Positions 40,612-55,481 of a DNA stretch of 64,000 nucleotides are shown here, piece by piece. The notes under the pieces were generated by a model. The model made no database searches and was not told where the DNA came from. It saw nothing but the letters and a program-made list of their open reading frames with translations. Origin of the DNA: Eledone cirrhosa (taxonomy: Eukaryota); contig OZ024741.1 in NCBI GenBank assembly GCA_964016885.1, forward strand, positions 159,898,001 to 159,962,000, written 5' to 3'. A program made the translations under genes and the position numbers. Positions within the stretch are counted from its first letter, which is position 1. The number at the start of each line of letters is the position of its first letter.

Positions 40612-42376
40612 CACCGTGTAACAAAAAAATTGTTTTCTCTGTTCCTGGCTTGTAATCACTTTTTTGCTATTAAATTCTATTAAACAGTTAAAAGTTTGGG
40701 TTTGTAAAAATTCTAAGCTATTCACTAGAATTATTTGTATGCTGGATTTTATGTTGTATGTAAGTTTAATTTGCTTATGTTAAATGATTTTGTTAATATA
40801 TGTTTCAGGTTAAATTAAAATTATAAAATAAAGAGTAATACCTAAAGAAAATTATAAAAGTGCAATAAAGTATAACATTGTTAAAAAGTGGATTAAAGAG
40901 ATTTATTGATACTGGGGTACCAGAAAAAGTTCCTCACTTCCCAAACCAAAATGAAGTCAATGACCTGGTCAGGGATATGGGTCTGACCAAGTCCAATGCA
41001 GAGTTATTCGTCTCCAGGATGAAGCAGTGGAACTTGGTCAAGGAGGGAGTGCAGGTGACAAGTCAGAGAAGTCGATACGAACCTTTCTCAGGCTTTTACA
41101 CTCTTAGGGATGGCCTCTGCTTCTGCCATGACGTGCCTGGACTGTTTGACGTTATTGGGGTGCCGTTTGTGCCCAAGGAGTGGCGGCTATTTATAGACAG
41201 CTCCACCACAAGTTTGAAGGCTGTCCTCCTCCACAATGGAAACAAGTTCTCGACACTGCCCCTAGCTCATTCAGTCTGCCTGAAGGAAGATTACTAGTGT
41301 GAAAGTCCTCTTGGAAGCTCTGCAATACAGCCAGTACAATTGGGAAATCATTGGGGACTTCAAGATGGTGGCTTTCCTGCTTGGACTCCAAGGAGGTTTT
41401 ATCAAATTCCAATGCTTCCCCCGCCTTTGGGACAGCAGAGCCACCTCTACCCACTACAAAAGAAAGAACTGGGAGCATCGACGTGAATTTGTAGTTGGGA
41501 CCCGGAACGCCATGTGGGAGTCACTGGTTGATCCCAGGATTGTGCTCATGCCGTCACTGCACATTAAGTTGGGGTTGATGAAGCAGTTTGTGAAGGCTCT
41601 CAACAAAGAATCAGCCGCTTTTAAGTACCTTCTTGAGTTCTTCCCCAGTTATCTGAGGCCAAAATCAAAGGTGGAATTTTTGTTGGACCTCAGATAAAGA
41701 AGGTGTTTGAGTCTACCGAGTTCTCAATAAGCTCAATAGGATTGAGAGAACAGCTTGGAACTGTTTCAAGGCAGTTTTTAAGGGCTTCCTGGGCAACTAC
41801 AGAGCTGAAAACTACCAGCAACTGGTGCAGGATCTGATAAAGGCTTTTGGCGCCATGGGATGCAGGATGTCGCTTAAACTCCATATGCTGGACACTCACC
41901 TGGAAAAATTCAAGGACAATATGGGCGCCTACTCAGAAGAACAAGGCGAACGATTCCATCAAGATGTGAAAGAGATAGAGCAGAGGTACCAGGGCCACTA
42001 CAATGAAAATATGATGGGGGGACTATATCTGGGGGCTAGTGCGGGAATGCGACCTGGACTACAACCGCAAATCCAAGAAATCCAGTTATTTCTGACGTGT
42101 ATAAGTTGCTTTATAAGTGTTATTTGTTTTTACTTGTTTGCTTTTGATAAGCTTGTGTAATAAAATAAATATATACTCTGTTGATTTAATTATATGAACT
42201 GATAAATTTTAAAAAAATGTGTTTTTTCTTGAAAAATATGAAAATTTCGAAATATCAAACTCATAACCACAAACCCACACTTCTAATTAAATAATAGTGT
42301 CTTTTTATAATAATGGGATATAAAAAAACAGGAAATAACACTTAGAACCGGGGAACAAAAAATATGTTACACGGTG
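40612..42376 (+). mobile_element. Chapaev(3)-like DNA transposon, internally deleted
   Basis: Terminal inverted repeats CACCGTGTAACA...TGTTACACGGTG. TTA duplication at 40609-40611 and 42377-42379. Confidence 0.82.
40915..42095 (+). pseudogene. Chapaev-type DDE transposase, C-terminal part, several frameshifts
   Basis: WRLFIDSS..SLKAVLLHNGN, IIGDFKMV..LLGLQGG, LWDSR, LHIKLGLMKQFVKA, MSLKLH, SEEQGERFHQD. Confidence 0.8.
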
Positions 42377-42599
42377 TTATTCAACGAATACATTTTACAA
42401 ATAGATTAGAAGCACTCGATAGAAAATTTTCGTGGAGCATTTAATATTATTCAAAATATTAATAAATGAAAAATATTCTCATAATCAAAATAAATATTTC
42501 GCGTTTCTTTATCCCCCCCCCCACACACAACTTCCCTTTCTTCTGTTTTTATTCCCCTATTTTTTCTCTTTCATCTTTTTTTCTTCTTTTATTCATTTA

Positions 42600-42891
42600 T
42601 TTATTTTGTTTATTTTTCTTATTTTTCTTTTTCTTTTTCTTTTTCTTTTTATTTTTATTTTTATTTTTATTTTTATTTTTATTTTTATTTTTATTTTTAT
42701 TTTTATTTTTATTTTTATTTTTATTTTTATTTTTATTTTTATTTTTATTTTTATTTTTATTTTTATTTTTATTTTTATTTTTATTTTTATTTTTATTTTT
42801 ATTTTTATTTTTATTTTTATTTTTATTTTTATTTTTATTTTTATTTTTATTTTTATTTTTATTTTTATTTTTATTTTTATTTTTATTTTTA

Positions 42892-42922
<31 letters not shown>

Positions 42923-43378
42923 ATTTTTATTTTTATTTTTATTTTTATTTTTATTTTTTATTTTTTTTAATTCTTTTTATTTTTATTTTTTTTTATTTAT
43001 TTTTTATTTTATTTTTATTATTTTTTTTTTTATTATTTTTCTTTTTCTTTTTCTTTTTCTTTTTCTTTTTCTTTTTCTTTTTCTTTTTCTTTTTCTTTTT
43101 CTTTTTCTTTTTCTTTTTCTTTTTCTTTTTCTTTTTCTTTTTATTTTTCTTTTTATTTTTATTTTTCTTTTTATTTTTATTTTTATTTTCTTTTTCTTTT
43201 TCTTTTTATTTTTATTTTTATTTTTATTTTTATTTTTATTTTTATTTTTATTTTTATTTTTATTTTTATTTTTATTTTTATTTTTATTTTTATTTTTCTT
43301 TTTCTTTTTCTTTTTCTTTTTCTTTTTCTTTTTCTTTTTCTTTTTCTTTTTCTTTTTCTTTTTCTTTTTCTTTTTCTT
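42600..43378. repeat. (TTTTTA)n/(TTTTTC)n hexamer microsatellite
   Basis: Directly visible; gives the F/I/L ORFs. Confidence 0.95.
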
Positions 43379-43500
43379 TGCTCTACGTCCTCTTCTCTAA
43401 GTTTATCATATTATTTGTGGTATAAAAACGTTGAGGATTGGTGAAATAAATAACTGCCCCTATTGGAATTGAATAATGAAAACCGTAGCGGTATGTCGCA

Positions 43501-43556
43501 TATTATCTGATGAAAACGTACTTAAACACCATTGTACCTTTGAAATATGTATAATA
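43501..43556 (+). ncRNA. Hammerhead-like motif; right arm of a fold-back whose left arm and tail lie at 42380-42500
   Basis: tattat-CTGATGA...gtac/gtac...GAAA-tatgt-ataata. Same family as 55665-55731. Cleavage-site register is ambiguous. Confidence 0.6.
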
Positions 43557-43829
43557 AAATATATATTTTGATTATGAGAATATTTATATAAATATATATA
43601 TATACATATATATATAAAATCTATATAGAATATAGAATCCATACGTACATATATATATGTGTGCATGTATGTATATATATATATACATACTACTATACGC
43701 CTGTATACATATATGTATGTACGTATACATACTTATACATATATATATATTTCTTCCATGTACTGTGTCGTTTGTTTGGTTACTTTTTGTTATTTTTGTT
43801 ATTACCATTACCTTGTCTCGCTCATACAC

Positions 43830-43936
<107 letters not shown>

Positions 43937-44240
43937 TATAGTGTATGTGATTCAGTGAATTATTATTGGTGGTACCAATATGAGCAATCGATACACAGGC
44001 AGAATGTATAAAAGAAAAACTATGAAGTTTCGTTTATATGTATTTATGTTTTTATTCTGTATCAACCCGTTACATGCATTTCGCAGGGGATGAATGTGAC
44101 CTATGGAAGTTATAGACCCGAGCAGATCGATACTGGAGTCAGGTCCATAAATTCCACATGTGACCATGAGCCAATCGCCTACGCAACACTCGATGCACAA
44201 TAAAAACATAAATACATGTAAACAACTTCATCGTTTGTCT

Positions 44241-44347
<107 letters not shown>

Positions 44348-44400
44348 GTTATATATATATATACATCGTTATATATATATATATATATCGTTATATATAT

Positions 44401-44810
44401 ATTTATCGTTTTCGGTAGGCCCGGCCGCCTAACACACCCTATATGCAAATTAGGCTGCTCAGCCGTTAATATGCATAAGGAAAGTATATACTTTCAAATG
44501 TTCAATCGACTGACGGGAAGGTGGTATACGGTGCTGATGACAGCTAATAAGCTAGAAACTAGTTCATCGTTCCTTTGTCAGTGTTGAACAAAAGGGCAAC
44601 GATGGTTGCCGAACACTGTACGGCTTAATTCGGGCTGTTTGTTTGCAAACAAACCGAACATTATAATAAATGTTCGATAAACCCATACGTACATATATAT
44701 ATGTGTTCAAGTATGTATGTATATACATACTAATGTACGTCTGTATACATATATGTATGTACATATACATACTTATAAGAGTGAGAAATGAAATTTCATT
44801 TTTCCATTTA
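44401..44810 (+). mobile_element. Single monomer of the ~444-bp hammerhead repeat seen at 26645-27247
   Basis: Starts ATTTATCGTTTTCGG and ends TTCCATTTA, i.e. one unit junction to junction, between (TA)n tracts. Confidence 0.82.
44529..44569 (+). ncRNA. Minimal type I hammerhead motif
   Basis: cggtg-CTGATGA-c-agct-aata-agct-a-GAAAC-ta-GTT-catcg. Confidence 0.85.
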
Positions 44811-44825
44811 TATATATATATATAT

Positions 44826-45745
44826 GTAGATAAATCTACCAAAATGTACGGTAGTGTCCAATCTGTATGAAGAACTCAATGTAATCCGAATATCATGAAA
44901 AGAGAAGTTGTATTCAAAAAATTTTTTAGATGAAAAATACAGGAAAACAAAGTCAAGATAAATTAATAAAAATAATGAATAAACAAAGAAACAGTTCCTT
45001 ATATTAAAAAATTCATCATTTTACGATCGTTTCTAGGATATATATGTTAGTGTTGGTATGCATATCCTATAGATCTATGTAAAAAAACATGTTCTCAAAC
45101 AGACCTATTATATTAAATCTTTGTTGGTTTTATTCAATGAACAAACATAATTATTTCTGAAGACAACATATGACCTATTTTCATCCCTAAAATAATCTTT
45201 CATTCATAATATTCTTTCTATCCAAAACTGAAATCTACCTTCCTCTACCCCTAAATTAAGGTTCTTTTACTACTACTTTACCATCTTGACCTTCACTATC
45301 TTTCTATTGGTCAATTCAAAACCTGTTCCCAAACAGACCTATTGTATTTAATCTTTGTTGGTTATTTTCAATAAACAAATATCATTATTTCTGAAGACAG
45401 CATATATATGTGTAGGTATGTATATTCCTTCTGATAGTTTGTAAAAATTTTACATAGATCTATAGGATATGCATACCAATACTAACATATATATCCTAGA
45501 AACGATCGTAAAATGATGAATGTTTTAATATAAGGAACTGTTTCTTTGTTTATTCATTATTCTTATTAATTTATCTTGACTCTGTTTTCCTGTATTTTTC
45601 ATCGAAAAAATTTTTTTGAATACAACTTCTCTTTTCATGATATTCGGATTACATTGATTTCTTCATACGGATTGGACACTACCGTACATTTTGGTAAATT
45701 TATCTACATACTTTGCTCCTAATTTTATGGGGATATTCTTATTTT
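44826..45745 (+). mobile_element. Fold-back solo terminal repeat of the 50.6-54.2 kb PLE family (arms 44826-45085 / ~45447-45707)
   Basis: 45090-45570 closely matches 53760-54240. Inverted 5' copy present. Confidence 0.87.
45382..45519 (+). ncRNA. Type I hammerhead motif with ~100-nt helix II
   Basis: tcattattt-CTGAAGA-[101 nt self-complementary]-GAAAC-gatc-GTA-aaatgatga. Confidence 0.75.
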
Positions 45746-45767
45746 TGTATATATATGTATGTGTATG

Positions 45768-45889
<122 letters not shown>

Positions 45890-46083
45890 GATAAATCTAC
45901 CAAGAGTTTACGGTAGTGTCCAATCCGTATGAAGAACTCAATGTAATCCGGATATCATGGAAAGAAGAGATGCAATGAAAAATCACTTTCGGTGAAAGAT
46001 AAACGGAATACAGAGTCAAGATAAAATATTAAAAAAATAATGAATAAAACAATGAAACAGTTCCTTATATTAAACAAAAAAAG

Positions 46084-46237
46084 TTCATTATTTAACGATC
46101 GTTTCTAGGATATATATGTGTTAGAATTGGCATGCACATTCAACAGATCTATGTACAAAATTATACAAAATTATACAAACTATCAAAATTAAATATACAT
46201 ACCAACACATATATATGCCGTCATCAGAAATAATGAA
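46084..46237 (-). ncRNA. Long-helix-II hammerhead motif
   Basis: Reverse complement of 50339-50492. Confidence 0.72.
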
Positions 46238-46836
46238 ATATATTTATTGATAATAACAACAATTCAAAATTACAGGTCTGTTTGGGAACAGAGTTCAAAT
46301 TGACCAATGAAAATACAAAAAGTTTATACAGTTAGGTGTGTGTATATATATGTGTAAGTAACTTCGTTCACAGATATGCATAAAGATATATGTTCACATG
46401 CATACGCATGCCAAAAAGATGTATGTAAATACAAAAATTCAAGGCTAATGTCTCTGTATGTCTATAATCTACAGATAAAATACGTATACACATATAAATA
46501 TAAAATAAATATATACACACAGATTCATATACTCACACATATACGTACATTCACACACACACGCGCGTATACGCATAAACATACACACAACCACGAACAT
46601 ACATACACACACACACCCGCACACACATATATATATGTGTATATACTATTATCATAAGCATATGGACATTAATGCGCGCACATAAACACTGCCACACATA
46701 TTTAGATCCAGATACAGAAAGTGGGTGGGGGGGGGAGAGGTCAGTATTCACCGGTGTCAGCAGACTGCCTATTTATAAATGTATCTATAAATTTAGAGAT
46801 AAAAAGAAAAGAAAAAGAAAAAAGAAATATATCAAG

Positions 46837-46911
<75 letters not shown>

Positions 46912-47169
46912 AAGTAAAATATAAAATATACATCGATATACATACATATATATATATATATATATACAAATATATATACATACATATACATACACATACA
47001 TACACATACATATACATACACACACCATATAAATACACATACACATACACACACGCATACATATAGAGACACATACATATACACATATAAATACATAGAC
47101 ATATACACATATACACACATATATATATATACACACATACACGCATACATATATATATATACATTCACA

Positions 47170-47234
<65 letters not shown>

Positions 47235-47337
47235 CACATATCTACACACATATATAAACACACTCATGTATATACACACATACACATATATATACACATA
47301 TAAATGCATATATATATATATACACATACACACACAC

Positions 47338-47428
<91 letters not shown>

Positions 47429-47496
47429 TATATACACACATACACACACACATACACATATATAAAGATATATATACACACACACACACATATATA

Positions 47497-47577
<81 letters not shown>

Positions 47578-48041
47578 TATAGACATATATATACTCACAC
47601 ACACATACACACATACATATACGCATATATACACATACATACACATCCATGTATGCGTATATACATACAAACACCACCACACTCTCACACAACTCAGTCA
47701 TACATAAATAAAGGGATATACATACATATATATACATATATAAATAGAGATACATATACACATATAAATATATACACACGTACACACACAAATACATATA
47801 CATACACATACATACACACATACATATATATACACACACATACACATATACACATATATACATATATATATATATATATATACACATATATATATACACA
47901 CATATATATATATATACATACATATACATATATATAAAAAATAAATAAATAAAATAAATAAATAAATAAATAAATTAATACACACAGTCAGACAAATATG
48001 CACACACATACATATACATATATATATAAAAATACATACAC

Positions 48042-48074
<33 letters not shown>

Positions 48075-48186
48075 CACACATACATATATATATACACATA
48101 CACTCATCAACTACAAATATATTTATATATATATATATATATATAAAGAAAAAGGGATGAAACCACAGACCCTCCATCTCAACTCA

Positions 48187-48224
48187 CCTTTTGAAAAGCA
48201 GAAGAACTGCGAAACCGGTAAAGG
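48187..48224 (+). ncRNA. Minimal hammerhead motif with U3-A8 core, in a ~210-bp repeat (48150-48362; inverted homologue 56097-56292)
   Basis: cctt-TTGAAAA-gcag-aagaa-ctgc-GAAAC-cg-GTA-aagg. Confidence 0.78.
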
Positions 48225-48361
48225 AACCAAATAAATATATATATTTTTAAAAAAAATAAGACTTCAGTTGCATTTTCGATTTCATCCCTTTTTCTTTATA
48301 CTTCCACTCGTGCAGGACACCTCGGTTATTTTTCATTTTGTAAAAAAAACCTCACTTTCTA

Positions 48362-48407
<46 letters not shown>

Positions 48408-48565
48408 TCACATATACATGCGCACATACGTACATATATACACATACACACATATACACATAGACATATACATGTGCATACATATACATACACCCATATA
48501 CCCACATAAATACATAGATACATATATATATACACACATATATATACATACATATATATACACAC

Positions 48566-48610
<45 letters not shown>

Positions 48611-48867
48611 ATCATACACCCTTATTTACATGCGCACATATGTATTTTTATACTCACATACAAACACCCAAACATACATACCTACCTACATATACATACA
48701 TACATCCACGCTTACAAATACAAATAATAATAGTAGGGGGGGGATTATAGTAAATATAGAGAGGGTGGTGGTGTTTGTATGTATATACGCATACATGGAT
48801 GTGTATGTATGTGTATATATGCGTATATGTATGTGTGTATGTGTGTGTGAGTATATATATGTCTATA

Positions 48868-48946
<79 letters not shown>

Positions 48947-49134
48947 TATATATGTGTGTGTGTGTGTATATATATCTTTATATATGTGTATGTGTATGTG
49001 TGTGTGTGTATGTGTGTATATATATATATGTGTGTGTGTATGTGTATATATATATATATATGCATTTATATGTGGGTATGTATGTGTATGTGTGTATATA
49101 CATGAGTGTGTTTATATATGTGTGTAGATATGTG

Positions 49135-49207
<73 letters not shown>

Positions 49208-49497
49208 TGTGAATGTATATATATATATGTATGCGTGTATGTGTGTATATATATATATGTGTGTATATGTGTATATGTCTATGTATTTATATGTGGATAT
49301 GTATGTGTCTCTATATGTATGCGTGTGTGTATGTGTATGTGTATTTATATGGTGTGTGTATGTATATGTATGTGTATGTATGTGTTTATGTATATGTGTA
49401 TGTATGTGTATGTATATGTATGTATATATATATGTATATATATATATATATATATATGTATATGTATGTATATCGATGTATATTTTATATTTTACTT

Positions 49498-49536
<39 letters not shown>

Positions 49537-49574
49537 ATTAAATAAATGGAAAACTATATTTATAAAACCATATT

Positions 49575-49640
49575 TATTTCATTATATATATTTCGGGGAT
49601 ATCATATTAACAATATGCTATGCCTTCATCAGACAAAATA
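49575..49640 (-). ncRNA. Type I hammerhead motif in a ~185-bp insert present in only one arm
   Basis: Minus strand reads tattttgt-CTGATGA-aggcatagcatatt/aatatgatatcccc-GAAA-tatat-ATA-atgaaata. Confidence 0.8.
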
Positions 49641-50338
49641 CAATATAAACAGTTTTATAGATAAATATATTCGACATACCGTAATAAACATCAACTTCAT
49701 TTGAAGAGGTTCACTCACATATATATATATATATATATTTTCTTGATATATTTCTTTTTTCTTTTTCTTTTCTTTTTATCTCTAAATTTATAGATACATT
49801 TATAAATAGGCAGTCTGCTGACACCGGTGAATACTGACCTCTCCCCCCCCCACCCACTTTCTGTATCTGGATCTAAATATGTGTGGCAGTGTTTATGTGC
49901 GCGCATTAATGTCCATATGCTTATGATAATAGTATATACACATATATATGTGTGTGGGGCTGTGTGTGTGTATGTATGTTCGTGGTTGTGTGTATGTTTA
50001 TGCGTATACGCGCGTGTGTGTGTGAATGTACGTATATGTGTGAGTATATGAATCTGTGTGTATATATTTATTTTATATTTATATGTGTATACGTATTTTA
50101 TCTGTAGATTATAGATATACAGAGACATTAGCCTTGAATTTTTGTATTTACATACATCTTTTTGGCATGCGTATGCATGTGAACATATATCTTTATGCAT
50201 ATCTGTGAACGAAGTTACTTACACATATATATACACACACCTAACTGTATAAACTTTTTGTATTTTCATTGGTCAATTTGAACTCTGTTCCCAAACAGAC
50301 CTGTAATTTTGAATTGTTGTTATTATCAATAAATATAT

Positions 50339-50492
50339 TTCATTATTTCTGATGACGGCATATATATGTGTTGGTATGTATATTTAATTTTGATAGTTTG
50401 TATAATTTTGTATAATTTTGTACATAGATCTGTTGAATATGCATGCCAATTCTAACACATATATATCCTAGAAACGATCGTTAAATAATGAA
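50339..50492 (+). ncRNA. Long-helix-II hammerhead motif
   Basis: ttcattattt-CTGATGA-[~115 nt]-GAAAC-gatc-GTT-aaataatgaa. Confidence 0.75.
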
Positions 50493-50546
50493 CTTTTTTT
50501 GTTTAATATAAGGAACTGTTTCATTGTTTTATTCATTATTTTTTTA

Positions 50547-50587
<41 letters not shown>

Positions 50588-50648
50588 AACTTTATAACTC
50601 CATATATATATAGTTGAGCTCTTTTTCTTGTCCATTATCCATATCACA

Positions 50649-53089
50649 ATGGAAAAACAATACTTGGGAACTTCTTTAAAGAATATACCATTACCTTCTA
50701 AGGATGATTTCTTACTTCTTACGATACAAAAAACCAACCAATTTATCAAAAGGGTCAGATGGAGGGCTTACCACTTCGATAAAAAAACAAAATGTACTGT
50801 TAAGAAATATTTATATGATTTCACTACATATAAAAATCCACCACACAACTCCTTACTTGAAAACTTTGAGAAAGACCTTTTTAACTTAATCAAACACCTC
50901 AAATTTAAGAAGTATAAATCTAATTTTCAAAAGGATCTTGATTCTACCCTATTGGATCTAAAAAAATCTAACAAAATCCATGTCCACTCTGACAAAACTG
51001 GAAATCTGTATCACATGGATATTGATAATTACAATCAGTTCATATATAAAGAACTCAGGAAAAATTATAAAAAAACAAACAATGCGCCACTTACCAACAT
51101 CAACAACAAAACACACAACATAGTAAATAGACTTAATATTGAAGATAGAACTGAACCTTTGGCACTGAAAAGACCACATTTCAACCTGAAAGATCATAAA
51201 TCTAACTTTAACTCTAATCCTTCTATAAGGCTTATATGCACTTCCAAATCTGATATTGGAATCATTAGTAAAAAATGTTTAGATAGAGTCTAAAACATGT
51301 TAATTTCCCACTCTGGGAAAACACATCCCAGGTAATTAACTGGTTTAATAATATTAGAAATAAATCTTCTGCTTCATTTCTACAATTTGATATAGATAAT
51401 TATTATTCTTCTATATCACCTATACTCCTGAACAAAGCCTTCATATTTGCCAAAAATAGATCTAACTTAACTCTGGATGACATTAATAGTATTACACATG
51501 CTAGACAAACACTACTGGAATTTCAAAATGAATACTGGACCAGAAACACATATAGTAATCTATTCGACATTACTATAGGCTCAAGTGATTCTGCCCAAAT
51601 TACTGATCTTGTGGGCCTCTTTCTTCTTTTTAACATAAATGCTTCCTTTCCCCACCTTAAAGGTGGTTTATATCGTGACGACTGTTTTCTTCTTTCCAAT
51701 AACCTTAGCCTTTCAGAGATTGAAAAAAATAAAAAGCTTATTAGAACTTTCCTCAAAGACTATTATAGTCTAGATATTACATTTGAAAACACAAGTAAAG
51801 TAGTTAATTTCCTTGATATAACATTAGACTTATCTACGGGTATCTACCAACCTTACCATAAACCTAACCAAAACTTACATTACATACACTCACAATCTAA
51901 TCACCCTAAATCTATCCTTAAAAACCTAGCATATAATATCTCACTCAGAATTTCTAACCTTTCGTCTAACCAGGATATATTTGATAAAAATGCGACCTTT
52001 TATAACGAAGCTTTAGCTAGAAGTGGCCACAAAAATAAATTAGTATATATACCTTGTACCAATAACACTACAAACATACAACCTAATATTACCAACAAAC
52101 ACCAAATGAAACATACACACCTAAATGCCACTCACACTATACCCAAAATACCAACATAAAACCAAATTTCTCTAACTCTTATAATATACAATATAGTAAC
52201 TCTCAAAAAACTATTCATCCTACTACTCTAATAAATATTAATAGTAAAACTCCTAATAAACAAGCTAAAACACCTAAATCAATGAATCTAACTAAACATG
52301 TGTGTGGTGAAGTCATTAACAATAATTCTCTTAATAAACATCAGGATACATCCTATAAAAATAATAAACAACACCGAAACCGTAATAGACGAGTTACTTG
52401 GTATAATGCTCCATTTAATTTACAAATTAAAGATAATATACCTAAAAAATGTTTTAATATCCTAGAGAAGAACATCCCGCCAAACCACAAATACCATCAA
52501 ATTTTAAATAGATCAACGGTTAAATTCTCCTACTCAACAACCAAAAACATAAAACAAAATATAAGTGCCTATAATGCATATAAATGTAAAAGAACCATGA
52601 GTATACCACCAATACATCAAACTAACCATAATATCTCCTCTGATACAGGATTCACGGAAAGTTGTAACTGTAGAAACAAAGCAAATTGCCCATTAAAAAG
52701 GAAATTGCCTTGTTAATAACATAGTATATAAATGTAAAGTTAACATTAAGGACTCAATTTATTCATATATAGGAGCTACCTCTAACCAATTTAAAGTGAG
52801 ATTTAATACCCACAAACACAGTTTTAAAAATGCCGCATTAGCTAATACAACATCGTTAGCTGAAATAATTAATAATTATAGAAAGAGGAATATAAATTAT
52901 GACCTGACCAGGAGTGTGCTCAAAAGGGCCACCCCTTATCAAAATAATAGATATGAATGTAGATTGTGTTCCCAAGAACTTTTTGAAATAATGAAATCTA
53001 AGGATATCCTATTAAATAAGCGACAGGAATTAATAATATCGTGTAATCATAAACTGAGAAAAACCTTTAAATATTATAAACCTAATTAA
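50649..53089 (+). pseudogene. PLE polyprotein (N-terminal region, RT, GIY-YIG) with several frameshifts
   Basis: SLKNIP..RVRWRA, DKTGNLY, LKDHK..IRLI..SKSDIG, FLQFDID, GGLYRDD, WYNAPF, CNCRNKANCPL, YIGATS, CRLC. Confidence 0.93.
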
Positions 53090-54049
53090 TATACACTTTA
53101 GAAATTATTATAATAACATTTTTTTAATTTAGTTAACCTATAATTAATATTCTACTACTGATGAACTACATAATTTTATTTTCCTTTTTACAACTATCTT
53201 TTCATAAAATTGATACCATTAAGTATACATATATACTGTTTTAATTTCAGGTTATGTTTCTATGTTCCTTGTAATCTCTATATATTTGTTATTTCTCACT
53301 AATAAATTTACCCCCCCCCCCAATAATTACATATATATATATTTTTTTTTTATTTCCCCTCGTCTTTAACAGCACTCTTCAATTACATCTAACTCTTATT
53401 TATCATATCTATATGCATTAATATAATTTTATCAATATAAATATACCTATCAATTTAATTAATTTACTTACTTTTCATAGATGTAAATTCCATATATATT
53501 TTTTTTTCACTAACACTTTTATCGTAAAATTTTAGTCTCCTTAGATATTTACATTGGCATTATTCTTTTATAACAGCAATTTTTCGTGTACCTTTTACCG
53601 ACCTGACCTATTTTCACCCCTAAAATAACCTTTTCATTCTTCATACTCCTTCTATTCAAAACTGAAATCTGCCTTCTTCTACCCCTAAATTAAAGTTCCA
53701 TTACTACTATTTTACCATTTAGCCAGTTATTACCTTTCTATTGGTCAATTCAAAACCTGTTCCCAAACAGACCTATTATATTAAATCTTTGTTGGTTTTA
53801 TTCAATGAACAAATATAATTATTTCTGAAGACAGCATATGACCTATTTTCATCCCTAAAATAATCTTTCATTCATAATATTCTTTCCATCCAAAACTGAA
53901 ATCTACCTTCCTCTACCCCTAAATTAAGGTTCTTTTACTACTATTTTACCATCTTGACCTTCACTATCTTTCTATTGGTCAATTCAAAACCTGTTCCCAA
54001 ACAGACTTACTGTATTAAATCTTTGTTGGTTTTTTTCAATAAACAAATA

Positions 54050-54187
54050 TCATTATTTCTGAAGACAGCATATATATGTGTAGGTGTGTATATTCCTTCT
54101 GATAGTTTGTAAACATTTTACATAGATCTATAGGATATGCATACCAACACTAACATATATATCCTAGAAACGATCGTAAAATGATGA
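54050..54187 (+). ncRNA. Long-helix-II hammerhead motif
   Basis: Same structure as 45382-45519. Confidence 0.75.
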
Positions 54188-54236
54188 ATTTTTTAATATA
54201 AGGAACTGTTTCTTTGTTTATTCATTATTTTTATTA

Positions 54237-54269
<33 letters not shown>

Positions 54270-54275
<6 letters not shown>

Positions 54276-54453
54276 TAAACGGAATAGAAAATGCTGACAC
54301 ACTGTTCACAGTGAAAAATAGTTTAATTAGGAATAAGTGAGAATTAGTAATAGTATTGGTTAGTATTCAGTTTTGGTTTTAAGTTTTACCGGTTGCGCAT
54401 TTATAATGCTTTTCAAAAATAATTTTGAGATAGAGCGTCCGTGATGTTTGCTA

Positions 54454-54532
<79 letters not shown>

Positions 54533-54639
54533 CCCCGTATAAGACAGGAGCTGAAAAATATCTTTTAACATGTTAAAATATCCCCCACACACTTACAGAC
54601 ACATTCCTACTGACCATCCCTCTACCACGAATTACTCTG

Positions 54640-54682
<43 letters not shown>

Positions 54683-55225
54683 TCTTAATAGGCATTTGAA
54701 CTGTCAACAGGCTGCGGTTCGCACACACATCCCTGCTGACCATTATCACAACAACGAACCTCTTTACTACTACTACACACACACACACACATATTTGTTG
54801 TGAAAGACTTATTTCTCAGTCAGCCGACACAAACCTACATTTGGCGCAAAATTAATTTTTTACATTCACATGACCTCTACCGACCAATCAAAATTGTTTT
54901 GACCACAAGAATTTTTGCAACACGAATTGGCGCGAAACTTATTTTAATACCGCTGGAGCCACTTTTTTAACATAAAAACAGGTAGAATTCCCAAAACTAA
55001 TCAGATCAGAGCAAACATCACGGACGCTCTATCTCAAAATTATTTTTGAAAAGCATTAGAAATGCGCAACCGGTAAAACTTAAAACCAAAACTGAATACT
55101 AACCAATACTATTACTAATTCTCACTTATTCCTAATTAAACTATTTTTCACTGTGAACAATTTGTCAGCATTTTCTATTCCGTTTACCAATATATAATAA
55201 CTTGTGTGTTACACCTCTATTCTTT
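54270..55225 (+). mobile_element. Fold-back element (arms 54270-54452 / 55010-55192) from the terminal repeat of the 33-kb PLE family
   Basis: 183-bp inverted arms with TTGAAAA-gcat/atgc-GCAACCGGTA (55043-55078). Tail matches 33050-33080. Confidence 0.82.
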
Positions 55226-55237
55226 ATATATATATAT

Positions 55238-55410
55238 CCTTTGGGAGCCGCTACATGGACACACTAGAAGAGGAAGACCAAGGTTAACGTATGTTGATGC
55301 CCTAAGGACAGACACTAGTCTGTTGGAGACGCAGGACATGGCAGCGATAATGAGGGACAGAGACCGCTGGAGAGAACTCGTCCATGGATCTCGGGAATTT
55401 TACCCGCCTT

Positions 55411-55412
<2 letters not shown>
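55238..55412 (+). pseudogene. 3'-terminal fragment of an RTE-like LINE ORF
   Basis: LWEPLHGHTRRGRPRLTYVD..L......DRDRWRELV. Confidence 0.75.

Positions 55413-55475
<63 letters not shown>

Positions 55476-55481
<6 letters not shown>

Larger units (their letters stand above)
50585..54240 (+). mobile_element. Near full-length PLE with 3' terminal repeat
   Basis: ACTC...GAGC hairpin at ~50596-50620 just before the ATG at 50649. ORF runs to 53089. UTR has a ~240-bp tandem duplication and a hammerhead. Confidence 0.92.
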
